Shown here: positions 53,087-62,967 of the stretch, in pieces
Layout: each line of letters opens with the position of its first letter
Position numbering within the stretch: position 1 is the first letter of the stretch
NCBI RefSeq assembly: GCF_008831285.2
Contig: NC_045138.2
Coordinates: 5,456,001-5,520,000, forward strand
Reading direction: 5' to 3'
Length of the DNA stretch: 64,000 bases
Origin: Nymphaea colorata
Taxonomy: Eukaryota
Notes under the pieces: model-generated
Database searches by the model: none
Told to the model about the DNA's origin: nothing
What the model saw: only the letters and a program-made list of their open reading frames with translations
Translations under genes and position numbers: made by a program

Positions 53087-54621
53087 TGTATGCAATAACA
53101 TTACTGATGATATGGCAGGCTTATGGTTTCATTTTTTGAACAAATTTTCAGTGCAATTAAAAATGAATAATGTGGTGATAAGAAATTAGAATGTTAGACA
53201 AAAGGAAAATTCTAGATGTTGCTTGTTAATTGATCATGTTGGGGTGTCTAAATAGGTAATGAGTTTTAAGGAACATAGTGTAGCTGGTTGGATTAGTGGA
53301 TCAATAAAATCTTAGTTAATTGCAGGTTGAATTCTTGTGGATGCTACTTTTCTCGTCAGGAAACTACCATGGACACTACTCTCTGAGTTGAGGGAAGTAA
53401 CCATAAGTGCATCTGGGTTGACTTGAAGGGATTTCAACTTCTCACCCCAGCGGTGGGTTCCCTCCTGCTCGCCCAAACTGAATAAATAGCGACAGAGGTG
53501 GGGTGAAGCAGCTTGTGATGCATGGATTGGTGCGATGCCACAAATTAATCCATAGTTCTGAAGAATCAATTTCTTATGATGGGGTGGCCTATGAAAAATA
53601 TACATTGGAGGAAAAAAAAACATTATAAGCATTCTGTCTGCCATATCCAAGCTAGAACACATCGTAAAAGTACTGTGTCATGGTTTTTGTTGCACATATG
53701 GTCGAATGAGGTATATTTGATGGAACCTTGTGAGATTATCTCCACCGCTTTTGATTGGCTGAGCTATACAATAAGAAAATTTGAGGGAAAACAAGGCAAC
53801 ATACTTGAAATCATCAAATAAAATTGGCACACGTTGGCCAGATTTTGAGCGCTGACATGTAAAACTCAAGCAGAGAACAAGTAGTTTTGTAGTAGTAATA
53901 TAAAACAATTTTAAACAGAACTCTAAGTTTGGATCACAAGGTGGAAGGTGAAAAGTCATTTTTTTTTTCACTCGTACTTGAGTGGAAAGCATTGAAAAGA
54001 TGCAAATAAGCAACAATTTTGTTGATTGAAATTACAAAAATTTAAATAGAAGAGGGAAGAAAAAGGGGATAGAATGTTTTTATGCGAGTCTTGGCTTGGG
54101 GTTTTCTTCTTCATTGCTTGGGGTTTTTATGTTCTCCACTCACTCGAAGCAACAAGAGGCATTAATAGAGAGGGAAAGAAAACTTCAATTTCTTGTTTGA
54201 GGTTTTTCCTTGTTCTTTTTTCTTCACTTTTTATGACTATTGGGGCTACAGAAAGATGACTTTGCCATGGGATCACTCATGATCTTTCCGTTCTTACTCT
54301 TTCTTTGTTTTATTGTATCTACCTTGTGGTGATCTATGGACTTATTGTTATCGGATTGCTCTCAACCTTGTGGCATTTATCTCTTATTTTTTAGTGGGAT
54401 TTCCAAGTAGAAAATTGGTATTTGTCTTTTTTGGTGTTTGCTTTTATTCCTGTGCACTGAAATCTCTTAATTGATAAAAGTTTTATTTTGGAGTGCGGGT
54501 GGAAGAAATATTGTTCGTTTATTTGCACAGAATAAAAATGCTTATTTACAGGTATTTTTAGTCATTGCCATTGTTTGTAAAACTTGATCATTTGGTTTGT
54601 GCCTGCTTTTACCAATATAAA

Positions 54622-55711
54622 TGGTATCGAAGCTTTTGGTTCAAGAATAAACATCATTACCACAAGTCAGGTGATTAGTTCGATTGACACAAATTATAAT
54701 CTACACAAAAACAAAGTGAATGAATTTTTGTTTGTGAAGATTATGCATCTTCTAATATTTACAAATCAAAAGCCAGAATCTATCAGTAATGAAAATTGAA
54801 AGTTTGAGCATGAGGAGGTGTATGATTTTATTCGATAATTTGTTGATGAGAATGCCTATATTACGTTCAGCATGAGAATCATATGAAGAAATTATGGTCC
54901 TCACTTGAAAATTTGCATGCTTCAAAGACCGGCAATAATATGGATGATGCAAGTTAAGCATAAGGAAATTTTGTTGTCGATCGCTTGAATGAATTCCAAT
55001 GACTTATTAATCAATTGTCGGATGTGAGTCTAAAATTTGAAGATGAAGTTCTTGAACCTTGGTTTTTTCTCACTCCACTAGATTTATACGAGACATTTTG
55101 GATCTCACTCACTAACTCTATGTCAAATAGTATTACTTTTATGAAGCTTGTTAAGGTCGGTGTTTTAAATGAATAGATGAGAAAAAAATCTAAAAGTCTA
55201 GCATTTGTCACTAAAAAAAGGGAGAAAAATAAATTCAAGAGTGAGAAATGTACACATAAAAATTGAAGCAAATCAAGGTCAAGTTACAAGAATATGTTAT
55301 GTGGTACATCAAAAAATATTGCTTTCAATTGATGGGAGAAAATATAAATAGTAAAAAAGAAGATAGAAAAAATGAAGATATTAATGATCGTGTTGTTGCA
55401 GCTATACATAATGACAGTTGTTTATGATGAAGATGTTATGAACTTGACAAGTCACGATATGATCTGGGTAATTGATAGTAGTGTCTCTCCATGTCATTTC
55501 AAATGAAGAATTATTTTTTACTTATGCTTTTAGTGATTATGCTGTGTTGGAATGTATAATTATAGTTTGTCACAAGTTGGTGTTGCTGATGTAAATTTAC
55601 AAACCAACAATAGGATTGTGTTGAAACTCAAGGATGTTATATATGTGTGGTATACATTGAAATTTGTTTTTAGTTAGAAAGCAAGTTTTATGATGAACAC
55701 TTACGAAGCAC
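54622..55711 (+). mobile_element. Degenerate Ty1/Copia internal region (PBS, gag, protease)
   Basis: A PBS-like TGGTATCGAAGC (tRNA-iMet) lies at 54622. Gag fragments read LENLHASKTGNN, LNEFQ*LINQLSDVSLKFEDEVL and GVLNE*MR. The protease motif WVIDSS lies at 55465. There are many stops and frameshifts. The 5' LTR probably lies just upstream, but its boundary is unresolved. Confidence 0.8.
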
Positions 55712-57216
55712 TGTTATCTCCCCAAATTCTTTTTTTTTTTAAAGGGGTGTATTTCATTTTCACTCAGTTCTCAATTATTTTATCTGGATTAATTCCTTGT
55801 CCTTAAGCGCAATCCTAGACCCAAAATAAATTTGCGACTAGTCGATCCAAAATAAATCTCTAAACCTTGTCCAATCCCAAACACAAAATTTAAAATCAAA
55901 ACCCAACCTTAGACGTGAGATTCATATCCAAAATCCAATTCTCGGATCCGAATTAGACCCCAAACCCAAGTTTAGATCCTAATCAAAAAATTGAAACTCA
56001 AATTCCAAAGCTGATATCCGAACGGCAAAATTTAATGTCATTGAGTGTGTCCCCGCACACACATGGACCTTCCTTTGTTTTATGTTTTGCTTTTGTGTCG
56101 AGATGTGCTTTTGAGCTTAAATTACTCCTTAGAATGCATGGGCGACCAATTGAACCCAATCCAAATATAAAACGAACCTGGAATTTCTCAAAACATAGTC
56201 GGCCGCCCATTTTTAACAAAAATCATCATTGCTTACATTTTAAATAAAAAAGGTTTTACACTTCTTATATAAACAACTTTTCAGTATTATTTTTTATTTT
56301 GATTTAAAAAACAAAAACAAAAAACAAAAATCACGCGCGCGCAAGTGCGCACACTACGCGAGTGCGCACACTACGCGAGTGCGCCACAAGGTCGAGCAAG
56401 CGTGCCACGTGGTCGAGCAAACGCACAAGCGTGCCATGCAGTCGAATGAGCACGTGAGAGCGCCTTCACGCATCGCCGCTGATATGCGTTGCACACTGAG
56501 ACAAGGTCTGTGCACGCAGGGCCCCCATTTTGATGAAAAACCGCCCCTTGGGGGGTGATTTTGGCCTGGCTAGGTGTGCATTAGCCCTGTCGGCTAATCC
56601 CACTTAGTGAAAGCATATTTTAAAAAATTAAAAATTATTCAAAAATATTTGAAATTTTCAAGAAAATCTTGTTAAATTAAAAAAAAAAAATCAAATTTTC
56701 AGTTTTTGCTCCAAAACTCTTTATAAATACCCTCACAATCCTTCCTCTTGGACATGAGCTAATCTTTTGGGAACCTCTAGTGCTCTGTCACTTGAAGATT
56801 TAGAGTTTCTATTAGCTCTTTTCCTCCTTTTGTCTCTTCATTTTAGAGTTTTCTATTAGCTCTTTTCCTCCTTTTGTCTCTTCATCTATTCTTCTTCTCC
56901 ATCTTTGGGAACAAGCTTGTTCAAGGTCCAACATAAGAAGATCTTTTGGAGGCATATGCTCATCACTTTAGGGCTTCACCCAAAGCAACCCTAAGAGATC
57001 ATCCAAAGTAATTGATTCTTCTTCTAAATAATTCTCATTAGAGATATGTAATCAATATCTCACTCTATTTCTTTTCGTTCTCTCAAATCTCATCTTCGGA
57101 GTCAAGAAGCTATACTTGAGTGCACCAGAATCATGAGAAGATGAAGTAAGATTTAGAAAATACTCCCTTAAATCAAAGGCTATTAAACACTCCCTTATTG
57201 ACTAAGGAACATAACA
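55712..57216 (+). mobile_element. LTR-like element (~1.5 kb) nested in or truncating the Copia remnant
   Basis: It has TGTTAT...ATAACA inverted ends, GC-rich tandem motifs (GTGCGCACACTACGCGA) at ~56345-56385 and TATAAATACCC at ~56722. No TSD was found. Confidence 0.5.
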
Positions 57217-57876
57217 TGCCTTCAATCAGCAAGTAGAAAGGCAGATCTAGAAAATGGGAATTCATTAACGAATTTTGTAAGTTCTTTTATGTGTTCAATA
57301 CAGTAGTCGGTATGAATTCAATGCCTTGCAAATAGTCCCATTTGAAAAGATTTGACAAGCGACATTCAGAAAAGAAAAAAGTAAAAAAAAAACGTACATA
57401 TATGCATATAAGAAAAAAACAAAAGTATTTACTAAACTAAATGAAAACAAAATTCAATTCATAAATGGGGCGAAAAAAATCATACTCAATTTCCCAAATG
57501 CTAGAAGACTGAAAAGAAAATAACTTAAACAAAATTTGTCGGAATTACAATTTGTGGATAGGAATACTGAAATTCAAAAATATCAATTTTGTCGAAAATA
57601 TCCAATTCACAAAGATAGCAATTTTATCCGGAATTTCACTATCATCAAGCCATGCTCACAAAAAGAATTCCCACTTTTCTCTTTCCATAGAAATGGAAAA
57701 ATAGTTCCAAGTTTTTTTGTCTTTTGAGGGCATTTGGTAATGGGAACAATGACATTCTATTTCATATATCTACCCCAAAAATTTGATACTGAAACATTAT
57801 AGCAAATTGTTTTTTGAATCTCCCTCAAACTTTAGGGCAAACTCATGAAGCAATATCACATTGTTATCATTGTTAA

Positions 57877-58248
57877 TAAGGATATCAATATATTCAATTT
57901 GGATTGGATATCCAATTTGAACCGATAAAAAAAGTCTGATGCAAAAAAATTAATATATGATTAAGAAATCATATTTATCCGATTAAGATTTAAGAAATAG
58001 CATCCCATCAGATTTGGACCGGATTTGTTTTAAACAAATGTCTTATATTTAATTCTCTTACATTTTGAAAATTGAAAAATTTTGATTCAGAATTTGGATT
58101 TAGATTTGGACATGAATATAAAAATCAGGTTCGAATTGTGAAACCAAATTTTGGATTTGAATCCAAATATGTGAATATTAAAAAAAAACAGATATGGTTA
58201 AGGGTTTATCCAGTTTGAAGCCAATCCTTTGAGGCGTTAACGTCCTTA
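57877..58248. mobile_element. hAT-type MITE
   Basis: The TIRs are TAAGGATATCAAT / GTTAACGTCCTTA, with a degenerate 8-bp TSD ATTGTTAA / ATTGCCAA and GGATTTGGA subterminal repeats. It appears nested in a Tourist-like element starting at ~57727. Confidence 0.6.
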
Positions 58249-58329
58249 ATTGCCAACCACCGTCGTTATGTTACTTTTTTAATTAAAAACCAAACAGCCC
58301 ATGATAATTGGCAGCACCCATCCATTGGT

Positions 58330-59056
58330 AGCATTACAAATAGGATTTGGAAGATAGGACAAAGGGTAAGGCGATCTTTTCGCAGGAGGAAAACTTGCAT
58401 CTGATTCAACTTGTGGTATTTTCTGTAGTAAAAGAGAAGAAATACATAAGGGCAATCATACTCTTCAAGTTGCACATAGAAGATTTAACATAAGGTTAAT
58501 GATGGCTGCAGTCTGGTGGGACAGGGATGCTGGAGCTTACAAGTTGCTTAATAGAATGGCTCACAGTAGGGGGGATACAGCTGAAATGCACCTGCTGGAG
58601 TTTTGGCTAGGTAAAATGCTGAAGAGTTCAGGAAGTCTCACGATCATATCTTTGATTACGAGCTATGATTGAAGGGTGCAGAACCATTATGATTGAAGGG
58701 CGCAGTACCATTCCAGCAAGATGGGTCCTATTCAGAAAGTGTTCTGAAAGAACCAATATAGACTATCACTTTTTGTGAGTGGATCAGGTCAGCATCCTTG
58801 ATTTATGGTCATCAAGATGGACGCGACGATGGCGGGTATTATTGCATGTTTTGTTAGCCTAATAGCAGACGGGCAGACAGTTTTGTTTTTGGCTTAACTA
58901 TAGGCTCTTGGTTCAGATGTTCTCTGTCTTGTATTTTTGAGGGGTGAGGGTTTTTTGGTCCTTGCAATTTTCCTGTCGATGCCTTGCATCCTCTGTTAAT
59001 TATTGTAAATATCATTTTTTGGTAATAAAAGTGGGGAGCCTACCTCCTAGCAATCC
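58330..59056 (+). mobile_element. Degenerate 3' end of an L1-like LINE (RNase H-like remnant)
   Basis: Fragments LWYFL..KRRN, KVNDGCSL, AEMH and IADG resemble the plant LINE C-terminal and RNase H-like motifs. It ends near AATAAAAGTGGGGAG. Confidence 0.4.
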
Positions 59057-59465
59057 ATTATTGTAACCTGCCATGGTTAATAAGATAACGATTTGAAAAT
59101 GTGTTTCTACTCTTTGAAGCATTTTAGCTCCAGTGGTAAGCTCCCTATTGCTCATTCCTGTTTCCTTGGGCAAAAGCCATACGTTTTTTTTTCGAGGAGC
59201 ACTTATTCAAAAAAAATATTAGACATAATAAAAAGATTAAAGAGCATTAAGTAAATAATTAAGGGGCATACATATACAAATAAATAGGGAAATAAACAAA
59301 ATGTGTGAGACTGTGAGGGCAACTACTCACACATTACCACATGTGATTCTACATGATCCATGGCATACTGTCTATTTATCGTTTTAAGAATTCCTTAACC
59401 TTCAAGAAAATGACTCCGTTCTTGTTCTGAGGGAAATATTAAAAAACAAACACTTCCTCGTTAAT

Positions 59466-59552
59466 ACGTCCTGACCAAGATCTCCAACTGCCAAACATGT
59501 TTGACTATTCAAGCATCCAACCACCAACCATGTTTGACTATTCAAACATGTT

Positions 59553-59554
<2 letters not shown>
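59466..59554 (+). promoter_or_regulatory. Tandem W-box module, CYP82 copy 5 promoter
   Basis: TTGACT occurs at 59501 and 59534 in the same CATGTTTGACTATTCAA repeat as copy 1. Confidence 0.5.
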
Positions 59555-59618
<64 letters not shown>

Positions 59619-59752
59619 AGAGAGAGAGAGAGAACTACACCTTTAACTACTAAATTGTTCAAGGGAGAAAACTCAATCGCATATTCTATGAATATATATA
59701 CATACAAAAGTAGCTAGCAAGCAGGAGGAGAGAAAATACCTTCCCCACATCT

Positions 59753-60670
59753 ATGGAGTCCATCACCACATCTATGGATTCCATCAAGCGGGTAGCAGAG
59801 GGTTTAGCATCTCTGCTTGCCCTTTTCTTCATCTGTAAAATTTGGCAAAAGAGGAAAAGGGAAGGAAGATGCCGACTATCGGAACCCAATGGTTCTTGGC
59901 CAATAGTCGGACACCTCGACCTGCTGACTGGAACCACACCTCTCTATAGAACTATCGCTGCTCTTTCAGAGAAGCACGGGCCTCTCTTCAGTCTCCAACT
60001 GGGACAAATGCATGCCATTGTGGTGAGCAGCATGGACCTCGCCAAGGAGTGCTTCACTGTCAATGACCGAGCATTTGCCGGTCGGCCACAGCTAGAAGGT
60101 TGGAAACACCTTGCCTACGATCGTGCCATGTTCTCATTCAGCCCATACGGACCTTACTTTTGTGAACTCCACAAGATCGTCGCCACCGAGCAGCTGTCAA
60201 GCCAGCAATTTGAGCTGCTCAAGCACATCCGGGTAGACGAGGTGGGCTTCTTGATGCGGCGCCTGTACGGCAGTTGCAGAAACCATGAGCCGGTAGAGAT
60301 GAAGCAGCATTTGACCTGCATGGCCTTGAACATCATCCTTAGGATGATCGCCGGAAAATGGTACTTTGATTTGGACGGTGAAGGAAAAGAGTTTAGTGAA
60401 GCTCTGGATGAGTTTGCCAATCTAGTTGGTATGTTCACCGTCTCTGACGCGATCCCGTGGCTAGATGTGGGTGGTCACCTCAATGCCATGAAAAGGGTTC
60501 ACCTGAAGATGGATGAAGTTGCCTCGGCTTGGCTTGCAGAGCACCGCCGAAAGGAATCCAGTAGTGCCGACGAGAAGAGAGACTTGATTGACGTGGTCAT
60601 TAAAGAATTAGATGACGGTCACTTGTTCGAAAATCATCAAACTGATGCCATTATTAAAGCCACCGGTATG
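59753..60670 (+). CDS. CYP82: CYP82-family P450 copy 5, exon 1 (open; exon 2 not in window)
   Basis: It has 306 open codons ending AIIKATGM|GTACGT, at the same donor position as the other copies. Intron homology to the other copies stops at ~60732. Confidence 0.8.
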
Positions 60671-60945
60671 GTACGTTACCACCTCTCCTTTTGTTGCTCC
60701 TATTTGTCCTTAAATACAAAAAGCACTATAATTTAGTTCTGCATGTAAAACAAGTTACCAAAAACAATTTCATATAAACAATATGATAAAGAAAATCTTA
60801 ATAGACACAAGATCAGAAGATAATCATATTACACCAAATATTTATCATGGCTACTATTTGTCTCTGGAACACTCTCCATGAAACCTTCAATAGTCTACTA
60901 CCTAGTTTCAAACTTACACAAGCTCCACGAGTGCCTGACTTCTCA

Positions 60946-60954
60946 TATTTATAG
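60946..60954 (-). promoter_or_regulatory. Putative viral TATA box, facing antisense to CYP82 copy 5
   Basis: The minus strand reads CCACTATAAATATGAG. It lies downstream of the ORF4-like end and of 39-bp tandem repeats, and about 25 nt before the leader sequence that is repeated at 62243. Confidence 0.55.
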
Positions 60955-61100
60955 TGGTTGGTTTTGAAACTTTGCGGAGATCAACGGTTGAAAGGTGACC
61001 CGCTAGAATCTTAATCTCTGGTTCTGATTAAGCCTTTGCTGCTTTCTGCTTTTCTGTTTGTATTTGTCTGCCTTTGTGCTTCATCTCTTTGCTTCAAATC

Positions 61101-61194
61101 TCTTTTACTTTATTCTTTGTTTGCCATTCAAATTTCTTTTTCTTTACTTTATTCTCTGTCTGCCGTTCGAATATCTTTTTCTTTACTTTATTCG
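61101..61194. repeat. ~39-bp tandem repeats (x2.4) in the viral intergenic region
   Basis: The TTTACTTTATTC core recurs at ~61104, ~61143 and ~61182. Confidence 0.8.
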
Positions 61195-61272
61195 TTGTGT
61201 TTTTTCTTTTGTTTTATTCGATGCAATTGTCTTTTCCTCTTTAGAATATGTTCCCAATCAATCACAACTTTT

Positions 61273-61480
61273 TCATGTACATGGTAGTGATTGAAGTATT
61301 GACTGGGTCTTTATTCCTTCGAGGGTTACATCGCATAGTTCTTTACTTTTTGCACATTCTGAACACTTATGCTCCTGATATTTTTGCATGTACTGGCAAT
61401 ATTCCTTCAAGTTCTTAGTTCCCATTATTGGTCCTTTGATTGCTCTTGTCTGAGACATTGCTGATATTTCTTTGCTGATA
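61273..61480 (-). pseudogene. C-terminal fragment of viral ORF4 (transactivator/inclusion-body-like), inverted
   Basis: LKEYCQYMQKYQEHKCSECAKSKELCDVTLE resembles the YC...H.CSKC....DV.LE end of solendovirus ORF4 as recalled. Confidence 0.6.
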
Positions 61481-61496
61481 TTTCTTTACAATTGAA

Positions 61497-61628
61497 CTAA
61501 AAAACTCAATTGTAAAGAAAGAAATTAGGAGGCTAGTCAACAACATAAAATTATTTGATTTTGATATCGAAATAATCAAGACTAACGAAAATTGCTATAC
61601 AGACTATTTATCAAGGAATGTAAAATAA
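61497..61628 (+). pseudogene. C-terminal end of viral Pol (RNase H)
   Basis: It reads LKNSIVKKEIRRLVNNIKLFDFDIEIIKTNENCYTDYLSRNVK*. This matches the caulimovirid RNase H terminal motif (F.IE.I....N..ADYLSR) with the KEIRRLV signature recalled from TVCV-like viruses. Confidence 0.8.
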
Positions 61629-61730
61629 CAGTAGAAGGAGAAAATGCTACCAGATATATGAACTAATTAGCACAAACCACACACATTGGTACTCATATTC
61701 ACCAATAACCACTGAAAGTGGAAAAGAATA

Positions 61731-62242
61731 TGGCTAGTCCAGAGCAAACGGCTCCTGGTAAAGACGAATCAAATCCGTTGAAGGATGGTCACTTTCCAAA
61801 AGTGATTAAAAGACTAACCATCAGAATACACACACAATTTGAGTTGCTGCTAAAAGCCAATCTCTCAATAACACCAATTGTTTATTTGTGCGGCTAGTAA
61901 GGATGGAGTTAGAAGAACAGCAAACCCAACTAGCAATACTACAAAACCAAGTGAAAGAACTACTAAAATGGAAAGCCCAAATAGAACCTTTGATAAAAAT
62001 CCCAGAAAACCTAGAAGCCCCAGTAAAAATTTTGAACCAAAGACCTTGGAAGTTACAAACCAAGAAGAACCTAGTTTATCTTTCAAACCGAGATTTAAGA
62101 ATGTCAACCTAAACCAGAGATTTCAGAAAACAAACATGTCAGTCAAAACCAATCTGTTCACTCCACTTCATACACAAACCTATTTAGAAACTATCCAACA
62201 AGAGAAAATAGAAAGCCAATCCATAACAGTAAATAATTATCT
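61731..62242 (+). pseudogene. N-terminal part of viral ORF4-like region, frameshifted and truncated
   Basis: It has a coiled-coil-like stretch MELEEQQTQLAILQNQVKEL and NLFTPLHTQTYLETIQQEK. It is fused at 62243 directly to leader sequence. Confidence 0.55.
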
Positions 62243-62353
62243 AGCTTGTGTAAGTTTGAAACTAGGTAGTAGACATTGAAGGTCTCATGGACAGTGTTCC
62301 AGAGACAAATAGTAGCCATGTATCTTCAACTTCGTCATAGGTTGATGAACTAT

Positions 62354-62391
62354 CTGTAAGTATTGTAAGTATGCTCTTTTTATTGAATAAA
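62354..62391 (+). terminator. Putative viral polyadenylation signal
   Basis: AATAAA at 62386-62391 is preceded by repeated TGTAAG(TAT) upstream-element-like motifs. Confidence 0.45.
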
Positions 62392-62967
62392 GTGTTAGTT
62401 TTCCTTACGAGTATGTGTTAGTATTTTGATTTTCAAGCATGTGTAGAGTAGTTTTATTTTCTGTCAATTGCATCATTTGGAACACCAAAGTCCATCTATA
62501 TGAATATACGGCAAAAGAGGAGTCTGAATGTGTAACCCAAGAGGGAAAGACCCCAGACGAGTACCCACAAAGGCAGAAGCCGATCGGGAAAGTCAGATGG
62601 TCATAAAGAAAACTGAGGTTATTTCACTTCCTGCAACGGATAGATTATAAGACACAAAGCACATACTAGAAAATGAGAATATTTGCACTTCTCGAATAGG
62701 AAAACACTCCACAAATCATGGATAAATCAGAATTTGGAAAAATTTTACAGGAATTAGAACTAGTTTTAGAAAATCAGAAAGAATAAGTAACCAACTAAAT
62801 GACTTTATAAGAAACATAAATCATAAAAAACCTGAAGTTCAGAAAATAGAACAAGAACCAGAAAAACTCTATATTTCAGACCAGATAGTCAAAAGAGAGA
62901 TAAAATATTTGACGACCTTGTACAACTAGGATTTAGTAATAGGAAGAGTAATAACGGAGTCGTTCAT

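Noticed and set aside
61036..61294. Hydrophobic plus-strand ORFs, or a CRISPR-like reading of the short repeats
   Set aside because: This is the T-rich reverse strand of the viral intergenic tandem repeats. There are no unique spacers or cas genes, and the context is eukaryotic.
62590..62640. tRNA-Met primer-binding site of the virus
   Set aside because: No convincing TGGTATCAGAGC was found; only a poor TGGTCATAAAG match, so it was not called.
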